Shown here: positions 54,956 through 64,000 of the stretch, piece after piece | How positions within the stretch are numbered: the stretch's first letter is position 1 | How the letters are laid out: each line of letters opens with the position of its first letter | Assembly (NCBI GenBank): GCA_000002445.1 | Contig: CH464491.1 | Location: forward strand, 64,001-128,000 | DNA: 64,000 nt | Origin: Trypanosoma brucei | Taxonomy: Eukaryota | Direction: 5' to 3' | Translations under genes and position numbers: made by a program | The notes under the pieces: generated by a model | What the model was told of the DNA's origin: nothing | The model's input: only the letters and a program-made list of their open reading frames with translations | Database searches by the model: none

Positions 54956-55615
54956 TCATTTACGGGCAGGCCGACCGCTTTGTTGCCCAGTTTGACCCGG
55001 TGCCTGCTGCGGAGGTGGTGGTGGGGGAAGTTGAGTTTGTTGAGGCGGTGCATGCATCATATACTGCTGATACATTGCCATCATTTGTTGTTGTGCATAT
55101 GGATTAGCAACGGGAGGATAAGCACCATAGCCACCATACCCGCCATAACCGCCATACGCATTGAAACCATTGTTCATGTTACGCCCACGTTGATGACCGC
55201 TAGCAGCCAGCGCTACCTTCAGTCGTTTGTTGAGGATTACAAAACCATTCAATGATGCAATCGCCTGTTGAGCACTCGAGGCGCTCTGAAACTTCACGAA
55301 ACCATAACCGCGACTTTGACGAGTCTCCCGATCACACACAATTTTAACCGACTCAATTGCCCCGAAGCGCTCAAACAACTGCCGGAGTTGCACCTCATCA
55401 ACAGTAGTTGGAATATAATTTACCATAAGATTGCGTAGAAAATCGGGTTCTTGATTCACTTGACCCAACGGTTGCGGAGGAGGTGCCTGTTGTTGTTGCT
55501 GCTGCTGCTGTTGTTGCTGTTGAGCGGGTTGTTGTTGTTGTTGCTGCAACTCCGACTGCGATTGCCCGGTGGTGTTGTAGGGGTCACATGGAGAAGCCAG
55601 TGGAACCTGAGACAT
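54956..55615 (-). CDS. UBP1: Single-RRM RNA-binding protein of the kinetoplastid UBP1/UBP2 family (the longer paralog, 219 aa), with a Gln-rich N-terminus and Gly/Tyr plus Gln/Pro-rich C-terminus
   Basis: RRM: RNLMVNYIPTTVDEVQLRQLFERFGAIESVKIVCDRETRQSRGYGFVKFQSASSAQQAIASLNGFVILNKRLKV, with RNP1 RGYGFVKF. The N-terminus has a poly-Q run (QQQQQQPAQQQQQQQQQQQQ). The C-terminus has a GGYGGYGGYGAYPP box. Assigning this copy to UBP1 rather than UBP2 is a guess. Confidence 0.8.
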   Translation of the reverse strand: MSQVPLASPCDPYNTTGQSQSELQQQQQQPAQQQQQQQQQQQQAPPPQPLGQVNQEPDFLRNLMVNYIPTTVDEVQLRQLFERFGAIESVKIVCDRETRQSRGYGFVKFQSASSAQQAIASLNGFVILNKRLKVALAASGHQRGRNMNNGFNAYGGYGGYGGYGAYPPVANPYAQQQMMAMYQQYMMHAPPQQTQLPPPPPPQQAPGQTGQQSGRPARK

Positions 55616-55639
55616 TTGTTTTGCGACTGCACCGTCAAA

Positions 55640-55720
55640 AAAATCAAGAAGAAAGTAAAAACAAAAATATAAAAAAGAAAAGAAAAAGAAAAAAAAGACC
55701 TTAATCTTTATGTACCGAGA
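55640..55720 (-). promoter_or_regulatory. Polypyrimidine tract upstream of the UBP1-like gene; candidate splice-acceptor region
   Basis: + strand: caaaaaaatcaagaagaaagtaaaaacaaaaatataaaaaagaaaagaaaaagaaaaaaaagacc. This is nearly pure purine on +, so pure pyrimidine on the coding strand. Confidence 0.5.
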
Positions 55721-57907
55721 TGCGACGGATTATTTGGAGAAAGAAGGGGAAAAAAAGAATGAAAATTGCTTTGATTAAAAGATAAACAAACGGACAGGAA
55801 GTGAAGATTGAAGTGGAAACATCGGAAGTATCCCGCAGCATTATTTGAAATAGGAGGATGGTAAGAAAAAAAAAGTGGAAGTTAGAGTAGGGAGTGAATG
55901 TGGATTATATGAAAAAGAAAGATGATTACCAAACAAAAATATTAATGGGGAGAGGAGGAGGAATTCAAAAAAAAAATTAAATGAAGAAGGAAAGAAGGGA
56001 AAGGAGCGAATGCAAAGTTAAAGGATTAAAATCATAGAAAATAATCATTGCAAGATTCCCTTCTGAGTTAAGCCCCACTTAACATTTCTGCTGTCGTTGC
56101 AGCAAATTGTTGTCCTCCTCTCTCTCTCCTAACTCTTTTTTTTTGTTGTTGTTGTTACAACTGTTTTTTTTTCTTTTTATTATTTCCTCTCTTTCCTCAT
56201 CCTTTTCCCCCTTCTTGTCTGTTTATCTATACTTTTGTTCACCTATATATATATATATATATATATTTGTATTTTTGGTTTTTGTTTTGTCCCCTTTGTT
56301 TTGGAGGGATGTTTTTCTCTTTTTTTTTTTTCTTCTTTCGTTTTAATCACCTAATTATTCTCCTTTTTTTTTCTATTTAATTTTCCTCCTTTCAGAAGAA
56401 AAAAAGGAGCACCTACTCCCTTTCGCTTTCATCTTTATATTTATGTTATTTCATCCCTCTGTTGTTGTTTTTTTTCTTCTTCGTATTATTTTTCCCCCGT
56501 TACTTCTGCTAAAACTATACCATCAAACTCCCACCGCCTTGTTTTACAACACCACTGCATCGCAGCGAAAGGAAGGGGAGAAAAAAAACAAAACAAAAAA
56601 AAACACACACACACATAACACAAGAAAGAAGGAAGGAAGGAAGGGCACGCACACAGAAAGATTTAAAAAAACAAAACAAAATAAAATAAAGAAGAAAAAG
56701 AAAAAGAAAAAGAAAAAAAAGAGCGGGGAGAACAATAACAATAATAATCATCATAACAAAAGTTACCCAAGATGAGATGTTACGTCACACACGGGGTCAA
56801 AGAAACTCCTCCTCCTCCACCTCCCCTTTCCTCCTCTTGTCATAAAAAACACACAACATTTACACCTAATCCCATTTTTAACTTCCATTCATAATTCTCA
56901 TCCCATCATAACTCGTCAACTCATCCACATAAATTTTCTCCCGTTCCTCCTTTTTTCTTTTTCTTTTTGTTTTTTTTGTCACTTTGTTTGTTTGCTTGTT
57001 TGTTTGTTTTTGTTTTTGTTTGACGTTTCCCCCACACCCACACATACATACACATACACAATTGCATATCATATATGTAATATATATTATGTAAAACGAC
57101 ATACGTGTGCGTTACCTTTCTCTCGCCCTCTGTGTCCCTCTTCGTATCACAACTTGCCGGTGTTTCTTTTAATTTTTATTTTTTATTTTCTTTTATTCAT
57201 CTTTTTCTTCTGTTTGATGGTTTGCTTTCAAGTCCTCACCTCATTCTTTCCTTCTTTTTCTTTCCCATTTGTCAACATTTCGCTTTATTTCATTCTTGCT
57301 CTTTTTCTTTTTTTTTTTATATTTCTTTACTTTGCTTATTATCCTCAAACTGATGTAACTGACGTTGCTACCTTTTGTGGTAAATGCAGTAAATTTATTT
57401 AAGGCAACGCATAGGAAACAATAGAAAAAAAAAAGAAAAAAAGAAAAGAAAGAAAGAAGCGGGAACACGAAGAAAAATGAAAAAGCAACGAACTGACACC
57501 ATCGCAAAACAACAAACACTTTCGCGTGTATCACTTTTTTGTTTTATTGTTTTCTTTTTTCTTTCGCTTAAATTGCAAAAACTCCAACACTCGTGCATTC
57601 ATGTTTCCCTTCACTTCTCTTCTTTTTCACTTTTCAATTTGTTGCTGTTGTCGTTGTTTATTTATTTTTTTTTTTAATCTCTGCTGACAATTCCCCCTCC
57701 TTCTATTGGTGTTTCACCATTTTATTTAATATCCTCTTATAAAAAGCGCCAATTTTCATTTTTTTTTTTAAATTTATTTCCCCCTCCCCTCCCCTCCCCT
57801 CAAGTCCACCGTAGTGAAGTCACTTGAAAGTAACAAAATAAAATATACCATCATAAAAAGTATTTTATTTTATTTCTTTGTTTCGTATCCACATATCCAA
57901 TAATAAG

Positions 57908-57911
<4 letters not shown>

Positions 57912-57944
<33 letters not shown>
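57912..57944. repeat. (AT)16 microsatellite
   Basis: atatatatatatatatatatatatatatatat; further (TA)n tracts occur at 4873-4891, 48371-48392, 49877-49896, 52765-52791, 54725-54748, 56245-56266, 60302-60320 and 63781-63802. Confidence 0.9.
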
Positions 57945-57950
<6 letters not shown>

Positions 57951-60900
57951 ATACGTATATAACTACATATAAATATATGAATACAGGCACGTGAGGGAAA
58001 AACAAGAAACACAAACACAAACTGTCACACAAGAAAAAAAAAAACGACAAAAAGTTTACCGCAACCGCACGATGCCACAGCGGCAATAATAACAACCAAA
58101 TAGAGATGGAAAAATATGGGAGGAAAAATAAAAAGAAAAAAGAAGAAAAGAAGAAAAGAAGTACCGACGAACAAAAACAAAAAACACAAACATAAACACA
58201 CAAAGGAAGAGAAGTGTACGAGCCCAACTAAGGCAATGAAAAATTGGAAGAAAATAAAGGAGGTACGAGTTAGAAATGAAACACAAACACACAAACAAAG
58301 TCATTTCATTTCTTTTTTTATGATTCTTTTTTTTTAAAAAAAACCCATATACAAATACAAACACAATAACAATAACAACAGCATCGGTAGCGGCAATGAA
58401 TTTCCTTTTTTTTTCTTCATCTTCCTCTCATCCTCTTTTTCCTCTCACTTATATTTATATCAGTAATTTGCATCCTCTCAAACATAAGCCACTAATCCTC
58501 TCTTTACTCTGCCAGTGAAGGCATTGAGAGGACGTGAGAAAAGAAAAAAAGATGAAAAAGGAAAAGGAAAAGGAAGAGGAAGAGGAAGAGGAGGTAAGGA
58601 CAAAAAAGGAAAAGAAAAAAAGGAAAAAAAAGAAAAAAAATTTCAAAAAAACAACAATAACGACAATAACAAATACTCAAAAAAAAAAACACAAAAAGAA
58701 AAGAAAAGAAAAGAAAATCCGCTGAACAGAAGAAAAGGTATGGACTGCGGTGATATAATATTGACGGTGGTGTCAAGAAGGTCTCCTTCCCATGAGATTA
58801 ATTTCACGCGATAAAAAAAAGAAAAAGAGGAGAGGAATGAAAAAAAAAACAGAAAAGACGCAATCTTTTTTTTTCCTTTCGTATTTTTCTTTTTTTTTTT
58901 CTGTCACGTTTTGCTTTGTTGTTGCGGTTTCATTTTCTCAAGCATTTGAGGGACGTAACATCAAAGGTGCTGTTGTTTTTTTTTTCTTTTGCGCATGCGC
59001 GGAGTTCGTAGACATTTAAAAAAAAATTTTATATATATAAAACATACATATTATAAATATATAAATGTAAATATATGTATAGAATCAACGGATGGATTAA
59101 TTGAAACTGAAGAAAAAAAAAAGACCAACGTGTACACAGGTGAGCGACAACAATAATAATAATAATAATAACCGACACACACACACACACACAAAGGGAT
59201 TAAAAGAAAGGTAAAAGAAGGCGAAACAGCGGTGGAATATAGAAGTTTTTTTCTTTTTTCTTTTCAAACAAAAAAAATAAAAGATAAAGAAAAGAAAAGG
59301 AAAAGAAAGGAAAGTAAAGTAAAGTAAAATTGTGTCCTACGCCCTGTTCACATTAAAGCAGCACGCGACTGGAAACAAAAAATAAGGGGATTCAACACCA
59401 CAAACGCAAAGCATCATTTGGTGGCAAAACGAAACACAAAAAGAAATTTCATTTCTTTCGACTATTAAATCGCTCACCCCCTTTTTCCTTTTTTTCTTTT
59501 TCTTTTTCTTTCTTTTTTGCCTTTTCCTTTCACTTTTTTTTTTAAAAAAAAAGAAGAAAAAAAGGAACTTCTTTTTTATTTGGTTTTAGTCTCACTTACC
59601 TCCATCCCGCTCGGTTCATTTAACCTTCTCTTTTAATCCCCTGAAACTTCACCTCCTCTCTCTTTTCTTTTTCTTTTCATTTTCCTCCTCTTAAACTCTC
59701 GCATGCATTTTTTCTTTCTTTTTTTTTTTTAAACCCTCCCCCTTCCCCTCTTCACTTCAGCCGTCTAATCAGGAGGCTATACAAGAGGGAAAGGAGTATT
59801 TTTATTTTTTTTTAAAAAAAAAGAAAAAAGAAAAGAAAAGAAAAGCGAGAACCACTCGTTACAAAGGCGAGAAACAAAGCGGAACCAAATAGAGAGAGGA
59901 AAAAAAAAGAAAAAGGAAGAAAGTAAACAACAAACAACAACAAGTCAAATATTAACGAATAAGCGCACAACCAGGTAAGCGCACACATATATACATATAT
60001 ACATATATTTAATATTCACTCATATATATATATATATGTATACGTACACGTGGGCTACGGAGCCACAACAACAATAATGATGGTGATGATAATGATGATG
60101 ATGATAACAACAATAACAATAATAGTGATAATAGTAACAGCAACGGAGTTCAAAGCAGAATCAAAAGAAAAAACAAAAAAGAAGAAGCGGGAAACAAACA
60201 GTAGACAAAAACAAACAATTTTTTTCCTTATTTTCCTAATTACAAAACATTAGCAGTGCAGATCGGTGACATCCACCACAACAGGTTGAAGAAACTAGGA
60301 GATATATATATATATATATAAAGAGGTAGTCTGCTACGTAATTACCCACACGTGGAGAGACATAAAAATATAAAATCAATGGGGAAACATAGCCAGACAA
60401 ATCATAATAACAATAACAATAACAATAGTAATAGTAATAACCGAAACTCTTTGAATCCAATGCACACACCGCACCCTTTTCTTATATCGTCTTATCATGC
60501 GCAAAAAACTCACATGACAATTTAGCAGCGGATACGAAAAGAAATGTAACGAAATGTTTAAGAAAAAAGGGGGTGCGCGTACTGAACCAGTGACAAAAAG
60601 GAGCGAGGGGTATAAAAGGTAGCAAAAGAAAAAAAAAAGGAGGAAAACAAACAAAAAAAAGAGAAGTTCGGCGCCTGCATTTAACGCAACGTAGCGCGAG
60701 AACGAATAGGAAGAAAAACAAACCGACAGATGTCGGCACCATACAGGGCCAGGCAAAGCCGCGCAGCCAGAAGAAACAAACAAACAAACAAACAACAACA
60801 AAGAGAAGAGAAGAGAATAGGAAAGAAAAAAAAAGAAAAAAGCCACAGTCCATAACAAACAAAGGTAAGACCATGTCACAATCCAGAAGAAAACCAAAAC

Positions 60901-61853
60901 AGATATAATAATAATAATAATGATGATGATGAAAAATAAGAGAAAAGGAGGAAAATCGTCGGCACGGCGACGCTCGTCTGTCATCATTTCGTGTGTTTTC
61001 TAGGCAATAGAGAGGATCTTCTTTTTTTTTCCTTTTTGAAATAAAATGAAATGAATAAAAGGGTCAGCGCAACGCGAAGCTAATCAAACAATCACAAAAT
61101 ATCAAATAAGCGGCTAGGCGGGGTTTCTTTTTTTTTTTTCATCACATATTCGTATCGTCCCCTTTTTTTTTCTCTCTTTTCGCGATATTCAAACAGTTTT
61201 CAATTCCATTGGCGGGTTCCAACCGGGTATTGGGGGGACGACAGTCATTTACTTTGTTGTTGTTGTTGTTTCTTTTGGTAAATGGAAAAATGAAGAAGGA
61301 ACTGAGCGGATCAAATTTAAAAAAAGGAAGGAAGGTAGAACAAAAAAAAAAACAAGCGCCGTCCAACTTCACTGCTACGCAACAACGACATCAACGTTTC
61401 AGAAAACCGAATTTCAATGACAATAATAACATTTAGCAAATGCTGGTCGTTTATTTGAAATACTACTCCTCCCATTCTTTTCCTTTTAGCTTCTCCTCTG
61501 GTTGTTCTTATGTTGTGGCGTTCCCCAAAATCTGAATAAAAATACACCTCTCTTTTTTTTTTTTCTTGGTCTTTCCAATTTTATTCGGATTTCAACTTTG
61601 CTTTGTGTTTGCTTCTGGGTTTTGGCTTCTTCACCAGTTTCTTTCATTCTCCCCCATTTGAGATTCCATTGCAGACATTAAATCCCCACCCTTTTTCCTT
61701 TGTTGTTGTTGTTGTTAATAATTTTCCTCTCTTACTCCACTTGACTCTCTGTGTTACTCTTTTGCTTCTCTTTTTTTTTTCTCTCTCTTTCCCCTCGCGG
61801 AACACTTTCTTTTACCTTTGAGTCTTTCCTGTTTTGGGACCATGTTTTACAGT

Positions 61854-61854
<1 letters not shown>

Positions 61855-61896
<42 letters not shown>
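61855..61896. repeat. (AT)21 microsatellite
   Basis: atatatatatatatatatatatatatatatatatatatatat, read directly. Confidence 0.9.
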
Positions 61897-61899
<3 letters not shown>

Positions 61900-62639
61900 T
61901 TGTTTGTGTTTGTTTGTTTATTTTTTTCTTTAATCTTAACTGTCCACACATACTTAAATACACCAGAATGATTCAGTCTGCTCGACGTTAAACGAGCAAA
62001 TAGAAGATAACTCAGATGTCAAATATTTACTTACAAAAATATACGTTTGTGGGACGCGGAATTTTGTTATTGTTTCTGTCGTTGATGCCTCTGTCTTCTT
62101 TTTTTTTTCTTCGGTTTCGCCTCCTTTCTTTTTATTTTATTTTATTTTTCTTTTTAAGCCCTCTCCTCTATTCCCTCTCTATCCAACACCTTTCTGTCAC
62201 TATTTGCTCCACTTCATTCCTCTTCTCTTTGTGTTGTTCCTCTTTATTCGTTTTCTCCGACTCATGCTTCATTTTCTTTGTTTAAACCCTCTCGTATTAG
62301 TGGAAAAAAAAAATTCTTTGCATGGTGTGATTTCGACCTTTGTGACATTTCACACTTACCTCTGTTTTTTTTTCCTTTCCTTTCCTTTCTTTTAATGTTG
62401 GTTTGTTTTGTTTTGTTCTTTCGTCTCTTTTTCTCCTCCCCTCCATGGTTTTCTTTTTTTTTTCTTTTTTTAACTTCGTCATGATTCATCCATTCATTTG
62501 GGTCTAGTGGGGAGGGAGAGCCGCTTCTCCAACTATAAGGCTCATATTTTGTACACAAATATAAATGTATGTGTGACAACAAAATAAAGTAATAACAGTA
62601 ATAATGGTAATAATAATAATAATAATAAGCGAGAAGCAA

Positions 62640-62760
62640 GTAAAACCCAACCCCAACAAAACATAACATAACATAACACAACATAACATGACATGGCACA
62701 ATATGACATGATATGATATGTGATATGACATGACATGACATGGCATGGCACAAAACACAC
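62640..62760. repeat. Compound (ACATA)n/(CATGA)n/(ATATG)n microsatellite block
   Basis: aacataacataacataacacaacataacatgacatggcacaatatgacatgatatgatatgtgatatgacatgacatgacatggcatggcaca. Confidence 0.85.
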
Positions 62761-63189
62761 ATACAAACATACACACAAACAAACACAGACAACAGCTCTG
62801 TTTCAACGCCTCGCTTGTATGAAAAGAGCTCCCACTCCGCTCCGCCCCCCCCCCTCTTTTATTTTCTTCTTCATTTTATTTTTGCTTCAAAAATAAAAGG
62901 GAAACTTTCCTTCCCATTTCCTCCCTCTTGTGCCCTTACTTCTTTACATACACACTCCGACAGCCTCCTGGGGCATTTAAAGTTCATATTCCTTTTCTTT
63001 TCCCTTCTTTTTTTTTCTTTTTTTTTTGCATTTTCTGTCATATCACCTTTAAAATAATTAAAATTACTTATCCTTTAAAAAAAAAACCTTCCATTCTCTC
63101 TCACACCCCTCCATCTGCCCCACCGACCCTTGAAGGGAAGCTGACGGGTTGAGAACCCCCCAAAAAAAAAAAAAGAAAAAGAAAAAACA

Positions 63190-63717
63190 TTACTGACGGG
63201 ATATCGGAGGCATCGGGGAAGCGGCCATCATATAATGTTGTTGCATTGCCATCATTTGTTGTTGTGCATATGGATTAGCAACGGGAGGATAAGCACCATA
63301 GCCACCATACCCGCCATAACCGCCATACGCATTGAAACCATTGTTCATGTTACGCCCACGTTGATGACCGCTAGCAGCCAGCGCTACCTTCAGTCGTTTG
63401 TTGAGGATTACAAAACCATTCAATGATGCAATCGCCTGTTGAGCACTCGAGGCGCTCTGAAACTTCACGAAACCATAACCGCGACTTTGACGAGTCTCCC
63501 GATCACACACAATTTTAACCGACTCAATTGGGCCGAAGCGCTCAAACAACTGCCGGAGTTGCACCTCATCAACAGTAGTTGGAATATAATTTACCATAAG
63601 ATTGCGTAGCAAATCGAGATCTTGATTCATTGCTCCCATAGAAGGAGGAGGTGCCTGTTGTTGCTGCTGCTGAGGAGGCTGTTGTTGCGTTGTGTAATAC
63701 TGCGGTTGCTGGGACAT
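63190..63717 (-). CDS. UBP2: Single-RRM RNA-binding protein, UBP1/UBP2 family (the shorter tandem paralog, 175 aa)
   Basis: Its RRM and Gly/Tyr box are encoded by DNA more than 99% identical to the copy at 54956-55615. The N-terminus is distinct (MSQQPQYYTTQQQPPQQQQQQAPPPS) and the C-terminus is shorter (...AASPMPPISRQ). Confidence 0.8.
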   Translation of the reverse strand: MSQQPQYYTTQQQPPQQQQQQAPPPSMGAMNQDLDLLRNLMVNYIPTTVDEVQLRQLFERFGPIESVKIVCDRETRQSRGYGFVKFQSASSAQQAIASLNGFVILNKRLKVALAASGHQRGRNMNNGFNAYGGYGGYGGYGAYPPVANPYAQQQMMAMQQHYMMAASPMPPISRQ

Positions 63718-64000
63718 TACGTAAATTACAGAACCTTATTATAAGTTATGATATAATACAAAAGTAAGATAGATAAATAAATATATATATATATATATAT
63801 ATGTATAGATATATATATATGTACTAGCTACGTTTTGCCAAGCTTTCTTTCCTTATTTTTCCTTCTAACCCTTTTTTTTGTCTTTGGTCTCTTTGCTTAC
63901 TTCCTATGTTCTAAAAAAAAAAAAAAAGACCTTTTCGATGATGTTTTTTTTTTTTTAATTTAATACCTTGTTAGCTTTCTGTAACTGTCCTAATTATTTC

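Noticed and set aside
60050-60140. Repeated TGATGA strings (gataatgatgatgatgataacaacaataacaataat) that resemble snoRNA C boxes
   Set aside because: They are part of an (ATG/ATA)n microsatellite. There is no appropriately spaced D box (CTGA) and no terminal stem. Similarly, tcatcatga at about 52735 lacks a D box in the expected 60-90 nt window.
1-64000. Search for tRNA, rRNA and SL RNA genes
   Set aside because: I scanned for T-loop and B-box-like strings (GGTTCGAATCC, GTTCAAATC, GTTCGATTC and their reverse complements) and for rRNA-like conserved blocks and found none. Without covariance-model tools this is a weak negative, not proof of absence. snoRNAs in particular could be hidden in the long spacers.
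1-64000. Prokaryote-type defence, toxin-antitoxin, CRISPR or mobile-element content
   Set aside because: The sequence is clearly eukaryotic (kinetoplastid-like gene content and polycistronic architecture). There are no direct-repeat/spacer arrays, no transposase, integrase or RT-like ORFs, and no terminal inverted repeats bracketing a gene. The tandem UBP duplication is an endogenous paralog pair, not a mobile element.

Overview
Reading: the window looks like nuclear DNA of a trypanosomatid (African-trypanosome-like), not a prokaryote. Every credible coding region, about 26 in all, lies on the minus strand, so the whole 64 kb appears to be one right-to-left polycistronic transcription unit with intron-less genes. 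On the + strand the genes are separated by purine-rich spacers, which are polypyrimidine tracts on the coding strand, and by (TA)n, (CA)n and (TTTG)n microsatellites.

Products I can support from sequence (family calls from the translated sequence; coiled-coil and hypothetical calls are weaker): a dynein light chain LC8; a diphthine-ammonia ligase (DPH6-like); a B9-domain transition-zone protein; an RRM plus YTH-like RNA-binding protein; a protein with a C-terminal SPRY domain; a small Fcf2-like protein; a CSN7-like PCI-domain protein; a DENR-like SUI1-domain protein; a Utp13/TBL3-like WD40 protein; a BRF1-like TFIIB-related factor; an Era-type GTPase; a PTPMT1-like CX5R phosphatase; a small SEC-C-motif protein; three large coiled-coil proteins; and two tandem paralogous single-RRM genes that resemble kinetoplastid UBP1/UBP2.

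The right-hand ~18 kb (46–64 kb) is dominated by very long low-complexity stretches with no open reading frames, flanking the two RRM genes. I could not recognise any tRNA, rRNA, SL RNA, CRISPR array, transposon or prokaryote-style defence or biosynthetic system. Given the eukaryotic context, the interesting items are individual gene architectures and the organisation of the non-coding regions. Exact start codons are uncertain for several genes, because the six-frame ORFs often extend upstream of the likely true ATG.
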